From an uncultured Planctomycetaceae bacterium (GTDB lineage: Bacteria > Planctomycetota > Planctomycetia > Pirellulales > Thermoguttaceae), in the NCBI GenBank assembly GCA_964481605.1, contig CAYZWG010000001.1, positions 1 to 44,898 on the forward strand: a stretch of DNA of 44,898 nucleotides. The letters run 5' to 3'. How positions within the stretch are numbered: position 1 is the stretch's first letter; the number at the start of each line of letters is the position of its first letter. The notes below the pieces were generated by a model, which had not been told where the DNA came from, did no database searches, and saw only the letters and a program-made list of their open reading frames with translations. A program made the translations under genes and the position numbers. Below, in pieces: positions 31,785-41,145 of this stretch.

Positions 31785-32925
31785 CCTGCACTGTCTCCGG
31801 TTCCGATAGAATCTCCACGCCATCGGAAAAGCGGTTCTTGATGCGCTTGACTTCCGCCAGTGCGGCGAGGAAGGCCTCATGCACGGCCGGGTCGAAGTGC
31901 GTGCCCGCGCCTTTCCGGATGATTTCCAGGGCATCGTCCAGCGAACACGGTTTCCTATAGGGTCGCTGGGAAGTAATCGCGTCAAACACGTCGCAGATCG
32001 CCACGATTCGTGATTCCAGCGAAATCTGCTCCCCGGCCAATCCCCGGGGATAGCCCGTGCCGTCCCATTTCTCATGGTGCTCCAGGGCAACGGTGGCGGC
32101 CGTTTCCAGGAAGGGGTTTTTCGCATCCGCGGGGGATGTTTCCGCCGGCAGGCCGCGCCAGATCCGGAAGGCCACCGCCATCTTGGAATCCTCGCGTAGA
32201 ATTCTGGCACCGATGACACAATGTTCCCGCATCGCCGTCCACTGTCCGGGGCTGAGCGGCCCGCGCTTCCGCAGGATGGCGTCGGGGATGCCGATCTTGC
32301 CGATGTCGTGCAGCGGGGCTGCCAGGAAGAGGGTTTCCAGGCGTTGCTCGTCCAGGCCGATCGATTCGGCAACCACCCGGCTGAGGCAGCCAACACGGAC
32401 GACGTGGTTTCCCGTTTCCTCGTCACGCTGTTCGGCCGCCTTGCCGAGGCGCCAGATCATGTCCAGACGCGACTGGGAGAGTTCCGCGGTTCTCTCCCGC
32501 ACGGTCCGTTCCAATCGGTGGTTGTGGGTGTTCAACTCGTCCTGGTAGGACTTGAGCCTGAGCACGCTTCGCAGTCGGGCCAGCAGGTCTTCGGGCTCGG
32601 CGGGCTTGTTCAAGAGGTCCGCCGCTCCCAGATCGAGCGCCTGCCGCTTCAGCCCCCGATTCTCCAGCCCGGTGAGCATCACCACCGGAATGTTTCTGGT
32701 CCGCCGGGTCCGCTGGATGCGTTTCAACAACTGGAGCCCGCTCATTCCAGGCATACTGATGTCCAAGACGACGGCGTCGAAGTCCCCTTCCATCAACAAC
32801 TCCCAAGCTTGCAAGGCGCGGGGGACAAAGCTCATTTCCCAAACGTCACGCTGCGCGCGCAGCATTCGGTGGAGCGAGTCCAGCACCGGCTGTTCATCAT
32901 CGACAAACAGGATCTGCTTCCGCAT
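31762..32925 (-). CDS. Response regulator: REC plus a canonical HD-GYP domain (RpfG-type, putative c-di-GMP phosphodiesterase)
   Basis: REC: KQILFVDDEQPVL...AVVLDISMPGMSGLQLL. HD-GYP: ETGNHVVRV...AAPLHDIGKIGIPDAIL...EHHEKWDGTGYPRGL...ICDVFDAITSQRPYR. The start at 32925 follows GAGG. Confidence 0.93.
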   Translation of the reverse strand: MRKQILFVDDEQPVLDSLHRMLRAQRDVWEMSFVPRALQAWELLMEGDFDAVVLDISMPGMSGLQLLKRIQRTRRTRNIPVVMLTGLENRGLKRQALDLGAADLLNKPAEPEDLLARLRSVLRLKSYQDELNTHNHRLERTVRERTAELSQSRLDMIWRLGKAAEQRDEETGNHVVRVGCLSRVVAESIGLDEQRLETLFLAAPLHDIGKIGIPDAILRKRGPLSPGQWTAMREHCVIGARILREDSKMAVAFRIWRGLPAETSPADAKNPFLETAATVALEHHEKWDGTGYPRGLAGEQISLESRIVAICDVFDAITSQRPYRKPCSLDDALEIIRKGAGTHFDPAVHEAFLAALAEVKRIKNRFSDGVEILSEPETVQDEERLVC

Positions 32926-35101
32926 TTTGACGACCTCGACCGTTCGACGATTCCTCGCAGAGAGGAAGGCTGATAATGAAGGTTGTTCCTCGCCCCAACT
33001 CGGTTTTCAAGCAAAGCGTACCGCCGTGCTTCTCCGTGATGATGGAATGGGCGATGGCCAGGCCCTGCCCGGTTCCACGACCGACTTCCTTGGTGGTGAA
33101 GAAGGGGTCGAAGACCCTGGAGCGGATTTCTTCGGGGATTCCGGTGCCCGTATCCTGGATGTGGACTTCGGCCCAGTCGCCGTGGTAGCAAGTTCTGATG
33201 GTGATGGTGCCCTTCTCCGTGGAATTGGTCCCCAACTTTTCCGCGATTGCGTGGGCGGCGTTGATCACCAGGTTCAAGAGAACTTGATTGATTTCGCCCG
33301 GCATGCAGTAGACGGGCGGCAAACCGGGATCGAGTTCGAGTGCCACGTCGGCGACGTACTTCCACTCGTTGCGCGAGACGGTCAACGTGTTCTCAACCGC
33401 CCGGTTGAGATCGACGGCCTGCTTCTCTTGACTGCCGGGATGGGAGAATTCCTTCATTGACCGCACGATCGTGGCAACCCGCTCCACTCCGTCCAGCGAC
33501 TGCTGGATGGCCTTTGGTATCTCTTCGGTCAGATACTCCAGATCGGCCTCTTCCACGGCGGCCTCGACCTCGGCCAACAGTTGGGGCGAGAGCTGGTTGC
33601 TCTTGCAGGCCCGCAAGAATTGGAGAAAACGGCGGAAGAGGCGGTTGGCCTGGGCAAACGAATCCTGCAGGAAGCGGGTATTGTCGCCGATGTATTGGGT
33701 GGGGGTGTTGATTTCATGGGCGACGCCCGCCGCCAATTGCCCGATCGACTCTCGCTTCTGAGCCTGGATCAACTGGGTTTCCAGCAGCCTCCGCTGGGTA
33801 ATGTCGCGAAAGGCGACCACGGCCCCGCCGATTTCGCCGGCTTCTCGAATGGGAGTGCAGGTGTACTCCACGAAGAAAGTGGTGAGATCCTTGCGCCAAC
33901 AGATTTCGTTGTCGGAGCTGGGAGTGGATTCGCCGTGAAGCGTTCTGCGAACGGGACATTGATCCGCCGGGCTGGGGAGTCCGTTCAGTTTCGTGCGGTG
34001 AAACACTTCCCCATAAGGCTTTCCAATGGCCTCCTCGGATGTCCAGGCCAGCATTCTTGCACCGGCCGGATTGAGAAACACGACCAGCCCCTTCGCATCC
34101 AGCCCGAAAATCCCCTCCGCCACCGAATTCAGGATCATTTCGTTTTGAAGATGAAGCCGTTCGAGTTCTTGCTCCGCCCGTTTGCGCTCGGTGATATCGC
34201 GAACAATGCCGGTGAAGATGCGTCGTTCATCCAACAGCACTTCACTCACCGAAAGTTCCACCGGAAAGGTGCTTCCGTCTCGTCGTCGCCCGACCATTTC
34301 TCGGCGGGCGCCGAGCAGCTTTCCCCGGCCGGACTGAAGATAGCGGGCGATGTGCGCGTCGTGCATCAGGCGATGCGGCATGGGCATCAGGATGGAGACG
34401 TTCTTGCCGATCACTTCGTCCGGCGAATAGTCGAAGATCGAGCCGGCGGCCTCGTTGATCGATTCGATCCGTCCCTGTTGATCGACGGTGACGATGCCGT
34501 CGGCGGCCATCATCATCACTGCCTGGAGGCGATTGGTGTTCGCGCGTTGCTCGCTCAGCCGGCGTTCGCGCTCCTCGATGGCGGCAGCCATGGCTTCGGC
34601 GTGGGAAGACTTGAGCATCTGATGCTCGGCCGACAAGTGTTCGATCCGCGTGGACATCGCACCCAGCCGGTCCCGATTCTGGTTTTCCGCCCAGGCAAGC
34701 GCCATGCAAACGACAAGTTCCGTGCCGATTTCCCCCCCCGGCGCGCCGATCCGGTCGGTGCGAGGAAGAACACAGGCGAGGATGGCCGCGCCGGCGCAAT
34801 CCGGCAGGCGAACCGCGAAGGCTGCCTGCGGTCCGGCGGCCGTCTCCAGTTCCAGCTCGCACACCCGGCCGTTGCCCAAAGCCTCCAGCAACCGGGCCGC
34901 CACCGCGTCGGCGGCCAGCGCGTGCGCACCGGGCTGGTTATCTTGCCGGGAAATCACCTGGCCCCGGGCGTCCAGAAGCAACAGCAAGGATGGCTCATAG
35001 GCGCCCAGCAGCCGTGCGGTCGCAACTTGGCCACGTTCGCCGTCGCTCGCCACCGAGGCGACGTCGAGAAGGTCCGCAAGAGTATGGGGCAAAGCTTCCA
35101 T
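32897..35101 (-). CDS. Soluble sensor histidine kinase: unrecognised ~170-aa N-terminal domain, coiled coil, two PAS, then HisKA (HEINTP type) and HATPase_c
   Basis: The start is set at the ATG at 35101; the ORF-track start at 35122 is a TTG. PAS ends: IVRDITERKR and FRDITQRR. H-box: AAGVAHEINTPTQYIGDN. G boxes: DTGTGIPEE and FFTTKEVGRGTGQGLA. The kinase core is a close paralog of 26526..29393. Confidence 0.93.
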   Translation of the reverse strand: MEALPHTLADLLDVASVASDGERGQVATARLLGAYEPSLLLLLDARGQVISRQDNQPGAHALAADAVAARLLEALGNGRVCELELETAAGPQAAFAVRLPDCAGAAILACVLPRTDRIGAPGGEIGTELVVCMALAWAENQNRDRLGAMSTRIEHLSAEHQMLKSSHAEAMAAAIEERERRLSEQRANTNRLQAVMMMAADGIVTVDQQGRIESINEAAGSIFDYSPDEVIGKNVSILMPMPHRLMHDAHIARYLQSGRGKLLGARREMVGRRRDGSTFPVELSVSEVLLDERRIFTGIVRDITERKRAEQELERLHLQNEMILNSVAEGIFGLDAKGLVVFLNPAGARMLAWTSEEAIGKPYGEVFHRTKLNGLPSPADQCPVRRTLHGESTPSSDNEICWRKDLTTFFVEYTCTPIREAGEIGGAVVAFRDITQRRLLETQLIQAQKRESIGQLAAGVAHEINTPTQYIGDNTRFLQDSFAQANRLFRRFLQFLRACKSNQLSPQLLAEVEAAVEEADLEYLTEEIPKAIQQSLDGVERVATIVRSMKEFSHPGSQEKQAVDLNRAVENTLTVSRNEWKYVADVALELDPGLPPVYCMPGEINQVLLNLVINAAHAIAEKLGTNSTEKGTITIRTCYHGDWAEVHIQDTGTGIPEEIRSRVFDPFFTTKEVGRGTGQGLAIAHSIITEKHGGTLCLKTELGRGTTFIISLPLCEESSNGRGRQNAEADPVCR

Positions 35102-35111
35102 GGCACTCGAC

Positions 35112-36008
35112 CTAGATCGCAAACAGGCTGGAGTTGTGCGCCAGTTCCTCGTCGAGGTCCGCGGCCAGGACGGCGATATCCGTCCTGGTCAAAGAGAGCC
35201 CTTCCAGCGCGGGTTGGGAAACCTTGACCAGTTTGCGGCCCACGGAAGTAATCCCCTTGAGGGTACAAATGATGTTGGCCACTTCGACGCAGCGCACGAC
35301 GTCGATCTCTTCGCCTCGGTAGGTTACCGAGGCGTGGTGATAGCGAACGGTGGCCTTCACGGTTTGAGGAAACGACCAGGCGTCGGCCACCCGTTCGGCC
35401 AACATCGTGTGGTCAAAACCGAAGTGGTCACGCTCGATTTCTGCTAATGTCTTGTTTTCCTCCAGCGACTGCACTACGTTGCGAAAGCCATCATGGAAGT
35501 GTTGATCTTCCAGGATGATGCCAATGTCGTGCAACAGGCCGGCCAGGAATGCGTCTTCGAATTCGGCCATCTTCCGTCGCATCGCGATCAGCCGCGAGCA
35601 GATGCCGACCGCCACCAAATGCTGCCACAGACCGGATCGCCGGTAGCCGCCGAAGGCCTTGTCCCGCTTGAACAATTCGCTCACACTGGCCGTCATGGCC
35701 AGGTTGCGGACCTGCTTCAGACCAAGGTAGGCGATCGCCTGCTGCAGGTTGGTGATTTTCACTCGCGTGGCGTAGGCCGAAGAGTTGACGCAGCGCAAGA
35801 TCCTTGCACTCAGGGCGGCGTCGCTTTCCACCGCCTCCTTCAGGTCTGCCGCCCCGGAATTCGAGTCGGAGGCAACCTCCATCAGGCGGATGGCAGAGTT
35901 CGGAAGCGTGGAAATCTCGTTAATACGGCGGGCCAGTGCCTCCAGAGTGGGGGGTGGCGGGGCCGAAACGCTCTTCGTCTTCTCCAGGTACGATTGCAAT
36001 CGCGACAT
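35112..36008 (-). CDS. Stand-alone HDOD domain protein (first gene of the signalling operon)
   Basis: ORF trimmed to the ATG at 36008, which follows AGGAGAGG. Motifs are STLPNSAIRLMEVASDSNSGAADLKEAVESDAALSARILRCVNSSAY, AIAYLGLKQVRNLA, AGLLHDIGIIL and RYHH. Confidence 0.9.
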   Translation of the reverse strand: MSRLQSYLEKTKSVSAPPPPTLEALARRINEISTLPNSAIRLMEVASDSNSGAADLKEAVESDAALSARILRCVNSSAYATRVKITNLQQAIAYLGLKQVRNLAMTASVSELFKRDKAFGGYRRSGLWQHLVAVGICSRLIAMRRKMAEFEDAFLAGLLHDIGIILEDQHFHDGFRNVVQSLEENKTLAEIERDHFGFDHTMLAERVADAWSFPQTVKATVRYHHASVTYRGEEIDVVRCVEVANIICTLKGITSVGRKLVKVSQPALEGLSLTRTDIAVLAADLDEELAHNSSLFAI

Positions 36009-36352
36009 CTTGTTGCCTCTCCTGGCGGTGACTAGCCGGAGTTGGGGAGGAGTCCGCAAAAGCAGGCGGCAAGCCAGGAAATCGTGGGTTTCTGCCGGGG
36101 CCTTGTCAAATGAATTTGCCCCCCAAGCCGGCCCTTTTCGGCGCGGCCGGGTGCGGCCTTCCCCTCTGAATTGCCGCGCCCGGACGGCAAAAGGGGAGAT
36201 CGCACGGGTCTAGCGAGAATGCCGCTCGTGCGGAATCCGCGGGCGTCATGGACGCCTGTATCGCCAACCAGCGAAGGGTTCCCAGTGGAAGCCCGGATTC
36301 TCAGGGGATGAGCCCAAAGCGACCGATCACCGGCGCCTACTTGCCGTACATC

Positions 36353-37975
36353 TCATCTCCACTGGTAGAGCCAGCCGCGTGGCGCCACCTGCCGCGTGGT
36401 GCCGTCCAGGCTCACGCTCACCGGCTCGTCGTTGAAGTTCTCGATCACCCAACTGCCGTCCCCAAACAGGTAGAGCGCCGTTCGGTTGGGGGCCTGAAAG
36501 GAGTGGCCCAGCGGCCGTAAGAGCGGCCGGCGAATCGCGTCGAGCCTCTCCCGCGATAGCTCCAGCAGGGATTTCGGCTTGCCCTCGACCGGCAAAACTT
36601 GGACGTTCGCCGCCTCCAGCGATACCTGGCCCTTCAATCGCCGGGCCAGCCCATCGGTGACCAAGACCGGCGTGCCGGAAGCGATCAGGGCGGCCAACTT
36701 TCCAGCCAACTCGGGGTCCTTGAGGGCATGGACCGAAAAGAACGCCGCCGGGGCGTCCGCGGGAAACACATGGCACGGCACCAGCGGCAGCCCGGCCATG
36801 CCCACGAAGTCGAACACTCGCGGCTCGTTTTCCGGATGGGAGTTGGGCGGCTTGTAGGCGGCCACTCCGACCACCTTCCGCCGTCTCACCTGGGCCGCCA
36901 CTTCGAACAACTCGGGGATGCTCGCCCGCAGGGCCTCGACGTTGGCCGGGCCGGTGTCTTTCAACAGCGAGCCGTAGCAAAACAGAACCGACTCCCGCGC
37001 CCCGGCCAGCACGGTCTGCCGGGCCTGCTCCCGATAGGTCGCCGCGGTGGTGCCATAGGGGTCGAACCAGCCGCCGCCGCATTTCTCGCCGCCCAGGCCG
37101 CCCAGCCACCGCATGAGGAAGTAGCCTTCATACTGCGGCGTTCCGCCCCAGCGCCGGTCGCGGTAATCGCGGGTCTCCGTACCCACCCAAATGCGGTCGA
37201 AGGCGGCCGTCTCGCGAACCACCTCGTAGCCTCGCTCGTGGAAGTGGTCGTACCACTGGGGGTACTTGATGATCAGCTTCACCTTGGGGTTGACGCGCTT
37301 GGCCGGGCCCAGCACCCGCCGGCGCGAGAGGCGGACCATCAATTCGCAGCGGTAATCCTCCCAGGTGTCGCCCCTGACCGGATAACTCTCCCCTGCCACG
37401 GTGACCGTCCGCGACCGCCGGGCCGCGTCGCACGCCTCGCAGGTGCAATCGGTGAACCAGAAGTCGTCGATCATGATCTCGTCGAAAAGGCCGGCCGTAA
37501 ACTCGAAAATCTCCTCCAGCCGGTCCTGCGTGGCGGCGTCCGTGTAGCAGGAGATCAGCTTCCAGCCGGTCGAACGCTTGCCCACGATGGTGGTCGTCAC
37601 ACAGCCGGAAACCTGGAACCCGGCCGCCAGGAACCGTTGCTTGGCGTGGGCCAAGTTTTCCCGCGGGGCGAGGTAGCCGCTGCGAAACGCCTCGATGTAG
37701 ACCTTCGTCACGCCCGTCGCCTTGCACCACGCGATCGCGGCGTCGATCCCCTCGTCCGTGGCCAGGTAGTCGCGGACCTGCTGGGCGGTAAACAGCGTGG
37801 AGAAGCGGTGGACCGCCTGCCGGCTCAACGCCAGCTTCCACAGGTCGACCTGCCCGGCCGCCTGGGCGAGCCGCGGACCGGCCGGCGGGCCAGGCCAGCC
37901 CACCGCCGCCGCGACGACCAACAGCGGAACCAACCACCGCATCGACCTCCAGACCCGTCTTGTGCCTTGCGCCAT
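36353..37975 (-). CDS. Hypothetical secreted protein (possibly a glycoside-hydrolase-like TIM barrel; function not recognised)
   Basis: ORF 36353..38206 trimmed to the ATG at 37975, which follows AGGAGAG. The signal peptide is MAQGTRRVWRSMRWLVPLLVVAAAVGW. There is a Cys cluster FTDCTCEACD. I could not assign a family with confidence. Confidence 0.8.
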   Translation of the reverse strand: MAQGTRRVWRSMRWLVPLLVVAAAVGWPGPPAGPRLAQAAGQVDLWKLALSRQAVHRFSTLFTAQQVRDYLATDEGIDAAIAWCKATGVTKVYIEAFRSGYLAPRENLAHAKQRFLAAGFQVSGCVTTTIVGKRSTGWKLISCYTDAATQDRLEEIFEFTAGLFDEIMIDDFWFTDCTCEACDAARRSRTVTVAGESYPVRGDTWEDYRCELMVRLSRRRVLGPAKRVNPKVKLIIKYPQWYDHFHERGYEVVRETAAFDRIWVGTETRDYRDRRWGGTPQYEGYFLMRWLGGLGGEKCGGGWFDPYGTTAATYREQARQTVLAGARESVLFCYGSLLKDTGPANVEALRASIPELFEVAAQVRRRKVVGVAAYKPPNSHPENEPRVFDFVGMAGLPLVPCHVFPADAPAAFFSVHALKDPELAGKLAALIASGTPVLVTDGLARRLKGQVSLEAANVQVLPVEGKPKSLLELSRERLDAIRRPLLRPLGHSFQAPNRTALYLFGDGSWVIENFNDEPVSVSLDGTTRQVAPRGWLYQWR

Positions 37976-38121
37976 GGGCCACTCTCCTTTCGCGTCGGTG
38001 CCGGTTCGCCGGCGGTTTTGCACACGCCTCCGGCCGGTCATCCCCCCCTGATGCGAATGTAGCCGGGCACAGCGCGCCGTGCAACTGCCGAACGCCGGGG
38101 CCGATTCTTGCGGGGACGGAG

Positions 38122-38151
38122 TTGACCTCTTGCCGTGTGGTCTCCTACGAT
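38122..38151 (+). promoter_or_regulatory. Candidate promoter TTGACC-18 nt-TACGAT for the 38254 gene
   Basis: Hexamers read directly from the sequence. It is followed by the 5'-UTR hairpin GAAACGACCG-gtgccca-CGGTCGGTTTC (about 38174-38201). Confidence 0.25.
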
Positions 38152-38253
38152 AGCCTGGTGGTGCGTCCAACCTGAAACGACCGGTGCCCACGGTCGGTTT
38201 CTCCAACCGTGCTCACGGCCACGAACTTGACTCAACGGAAAAAGGCTCCTCCC

Positions 38254-41118
38254 ATGAATGGTCGCCGATGGCTCGGGCTGTGTGTGTCGCTGGCCTGCCT
38301 CGTGTTGCTCGTTCCGCCGGCGGCGTTGGGCGACAACGACCAGCCCGTGCGGCGGACCTTCCAGATCGACCTTAGCGTCCGCGAGACGATGAAGACGCAG
38401 GACTGGAGCGGCCGGGCCACGATCAGCAAGGGCCGCATCGTGGCGGTGGAAAAGACCTCCGGCCCGGTCGATTCGATCCACCCCGACGGGAGTTGGACGA
38501 TCGTTTACGGCCGCAGCCTGAAGGGGCGGCCCAAGCAGCAGCCCGCCGCCAAGGCCCTGGCGATCACCGTCGAGGCCCCGCCCGACGCGGTGCTCTCGCT
38601 GGAAACCCAGGGCGGTGATTTTTCCTTTCGCGTGGACGAGATTCCCCAGGCGAAGAAGATCAAGGCCCTGGACGGCAACGTGGCGATTTCCATCGGCCGT
38701 CGCCGGACGGGCCGCAAGCGTTCCCGCCAGAAGCAACTTCCCCCGGCGACCATCGCCGGCGAGCTGCCCAGTGAGCCGATCACCGACGGCCGGCGACAGT
38801 CGGAATGGCCCTCGCTGGCCGTTTCGCCGGGCGGCACGGAGTGGTGCGCCTTCGTCGAGTGGAACGGCCAGGATCGCGACCGGGTGCGGGTGGTCCGCCG
38901 CCGGCCGGGTGGCACGTGGCAAGAGCCGGTCTCCCTGGACGACGGGCTGGGGGACCACTATTGGCCGGCGATCGGCCTGGTGGGCGAAACGGCCGTGGTC
39001 GTCTGGTCGGCCCGGCAGGAGGCCAACTTCGACCTCTACTGGTGCACCATCTCCCCCGACGGCAAGCCCGGCGACGTCGCCCGGCTCACCAAGACACCCC
39101 ACACCGACTTCCACGCTCGCATGGCCGGCGACGGGCGAGAGAACCTGGTGCTCGTTTGGCAGTCCTTCGCGGCCGGCCAGAGCGACGTCTACGCCGCGCG
39201 CTTCGCCGCCGGCACCTGGCAGTCGCCGGTCCGCGTCTCGCCGTCGGAGGCCAACGACTGGCAGCCCGAGGTGGCGTTGGATGCCCAGGGCAGCGCGTGG
39301 ATCTGCTGGGATAGCTACCACCACGGCAACTACGATGTCTTCTTGCGGCGTTTCGACGCGAACGGGCTGGGGCCGGTGATTCCCATCACCAGCGAGCCCA
39401 CCGCCCAGTTCCACTCCACGGTGGCGGTCGACCGGCAGGGCCGCGTTTGGGTGGCCTGGGACAACGGCGGCCTGAACTGGGGCAAGGACCTCTCCACCTC
39501 CAGCGCCGCCGAGGGTTACCAGGGGCTGCACTACGCCCGCCAGATCGGCCTGCGGGTCTATGCTGACGGCTCGGTCTACGATCCCCAGTATCATCCCCGC
39601 AGCGCCATGACCGGTCGGATGACCCGCTATGCCGAGTTGCCCCAGTTGGCCACCGACCCGGCCGGCACGCTGTGGCTGGTCTTTCGCCACTGGACGATCA
39701 CGCGGCCCACGGAGATGTTCCACGTCTACGCCACCAGGCTGACCGACCAGGGCTGGACCACGCCCTGGCGGCTGGCCGGCAGTTCGGGCCGCAACTCGCA
39801 ATGGGCTTCGCTCAGCCCCGACGCCAAGGGCAACCTGCGGGTGGCCTACGCCAGCGACGGCCGTTCGCCGGAGAACCTGCCCCGCGACCAGATTCATTCG
39901 CTGGTTTACCAGGTCCGGGTGGCCACGCTGCCGGGCGGCTCGGGCCTGCCGCCGGTGGAGTTGACCAAGTCTCCCCGGGCGGAACCGGCGACGAAGTTCG
40001 TCAAGCGGGTGCGGCCCACCATGCGGGTGGGCCGGAAGACCTACACGCTGATGCTGGGCGACTGCCACCGCCACACCGACATCCGCGGCCACAGCGGGGT
40101 CGACGCCTCGATTCTCGACACCTTCCGCTACGCCCTCGACGCCGCCCAGCTCGACTACATGGGCCTGGGCGACCACAACGAGGTGTTCGGCGGCCGCTGG
40201 CCGGACGGGCTCCGCGACTACCAGTGGTGGTGGACCCAAAAAGCGGTCGACCTGTTCACCTGTCCTCCCGTGTTCGTGGGCCTTTTCAGCTACGAGCACA
40301 GCATGTCCAGCCCCGCGGGGCACCGCAATCTCATCTTCCTGAAGCGAGGAGCACCCTTGCGGAGGATCGACCGGGGGGCCAAGCTCGATCCCAACCCGGC
40401 CAACATGCCGCCGGCGCTTTGGACCTGGGTTCGCCAGGAGGTGTTGACCCAGCCGGGCCAGCGGTGCGTGATCGTGCCCCACACCTTCGCCGCCGGTCCG
40501 TTGGCCGACTGGGATTGGCCCAACGCGAAGTTCGACTGCCTGCTGGAGATTTACCAGGGTTGCCGCGGCAGCTACGAGAAGTGGAACCTTCCGCCGGGTG
40601 AAAAACGGGGCGGCACCCAGACGCGCAAGCGGGGCCACTTCGCCCAGGACGCCCTCGACCGGGGCAACGTCTACGGCTTCGTCAGCTTCAGCGACCACCG
40701 CTCGACGCACAACAGTTGGGGCTGCGTCTGGGTGGAGGAAATCTCCCGCGAGGCGGTGCTCGACGCCATGCTCGCCCGGCGAACCTATGCGGCCACCGAC
40801 GAAATCACCATCAAGATCACCGCCGACGATCGCCACACGATGGGCGAGATGTTCCAGGCTGCGGTTGCCTCGCCGCCGTCGCTGAAAATCGAGATCGAGG
40901 CCCCGGACGAAATCCGCCGCGTTGACGTGATCAAGAACGGGTTGCACGTCTGGACCAAGGCCCCGCGAGCGAAAACGCTGAAAACGACCTTTCGCGATTT
41001 CTCCGTCTCGCCCGGCAAGGCCTACTACTACGTCCGCGTTTTCCAGCGCGACCCGGAAGCGCCGGACGGCGATCCAGAGATGGCCTGGAGCTCGCCCATG
41101 TTTGTGACGTACAAGTGA
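38254..41118 (+). CDS. Large secreted protein: N-terminal repeat region (sialidase/BNR-like beta-propeller?) plus a C-terminal PHP-type (CehA/McbA- or DUF3604-like) metallohydrolase-like domain
   Basis: ORF trimmed to the ATG at 38254 (MNGRRWLGLCVSLACLVLLVPPAALG). There are repeated W..P..(V/I) blades (e.g. WQEPVSL, WQSPVRVS, VWVAWD). The His-rich C-terminal half has GDCHRHTDIRGHSG, GLGDHNE, SYEHS, VPHTF, FSDHRSTH and the terminal AWSSPMFV. The domain calls are tentative. Confidence 0.85.
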   Translation: MNGRRWLGLCVSLACLVLLVPPAALGDNDQPVRRTFQIDLSVRETMKTQDWSGRATISKGRIVAVEKTSGPVDSIHPDGSWTIVYGRSLKGRPKQQPAAKALAITVEAPPDAVLSLETQGGDFSFRVDEIPQAKKIKALDGNVAISIGRRRTGRKRSRQKQLPPATIAGELPSEPITDGRRQSEWPSLAVSPGGTEWCAFVEWNGQDRDRVRVVRRRPGGTWQEPVSLDDGLGDHYWPAIGLVGETAVVVWSARQEANFDLYWCTISPDGKPGDVARLTKTPHTDFHARMAGDGRENLVLVWQSFAAGQSDVYAARFAAGTWQSPVRVSPSEANDWQPEVALDAQGSAWICWDSYHHGNYDVFLRRFDANGLGPVIPITSEPTAQFHSTVAVDRQGRVWVAWDNGGLNWGKDLSTSSAAEGYQGLHYARQIGLRVYADGSVYDPQYHPRSAMTGRMTRYAELPQLATDPAGTLWLVFRHWTITRPTEMFHVYATRLTDQGWTTPWRLAGSSGRNSQWASLSPDAKGNLRVAYASDGRSPENLPRDQIHSLVYQVRVATLPGGSGLPPVELTKSPRAEPATKFVKRVRPTMRVGRKTYTLMLGDCHRHTDIRGHSGVDASILDTFRYALDAAQLDYMGLGDHNEVFGGRWPDGLRDYQWWWTQKAVDLFTCPPVFVGLFSYEHSMSSPAGHRNLIFLKRGAPLRRIDRGAKLDPNPANMPPALWTWVRQEVLTQPGQRCVIVPHTFAAGPLADWDWPNAKFDCLLEIYQGCRGSYEKWNLPPGEKRGGTQTRKRGHFAQDALDRGNVYGFVSFSDHRSTHNSWGCVWVEEISREAVLDAMLARRTYAATDEITIKITADDRHTMGEMFQAAVASPPSLKIEIEAPDEIRRVDVIKNGLHVWTKAPRAKTLKTTFRDFSVSPGKAYYYVRVFQRDPEAPDGDPEMAWSSPMFVTYK

Positions 41119-41145
41119 GGGCGGAAGGACGTCGCTGGTCGTGGG

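Noticed and set aside
31785-32426. A 214-codon N-terminal extension of the REC-HDOD ORF (ORF track 30576..32426), which could suggest a much larger protein or a programmed frameshift with the HD-GYP gene.
   Set aside because: The extension lies out of frame over the HD-GYP coding sequence and translates to Arg/Ser/Pro/Trp-rich sequence with no recognisable motifs. A canonical REC N-terminus (MKNVLFVDDEP) starts at 31784. I treat it as an open frame produced by high GC content.
36270-36300. GAAGGGTTCCCAGTGG near the far end of the signalling operon, considered as a direct repeat (attR) of the tRNA-Leu T-arm (AAGGGTTCGAATCCC). This would mark the 26-36 kb cluster as a tRNA-integrated island.
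   Set aside because: Only 8 contiguous nt match. There is no integrase and no evident compositional shift by eye. The evidence is insufficient for an att site.
38038-40947. A 969-aa ORF on the minus strand, exactly the same length as the plus-strand ORF it mirrors (38209..41118).
   Set aside because: This is a typical high-GC antisense shadow ORF. Its translation is Arg/Gly/Pro/Ala-rich low complexity with no signal peptide or motifs. The plus-strand frame has a signal peptide, repeat blades and His-rich catalytic-looking motifs. The same reasoning applies to 312..1187(-), 6226..7125(-), 9766..10758(-), 11141..12298(-), 13898..15625(-), 15884..17164(+), 17267..18166(+), 18358..19713(-), 23958..25547(-), 27351..29462(+), 33581..35227(+), 36599..38062(+), 40931..42019(-), 41182..42750(+), 42350..43591(+) and 43595..44728(+).
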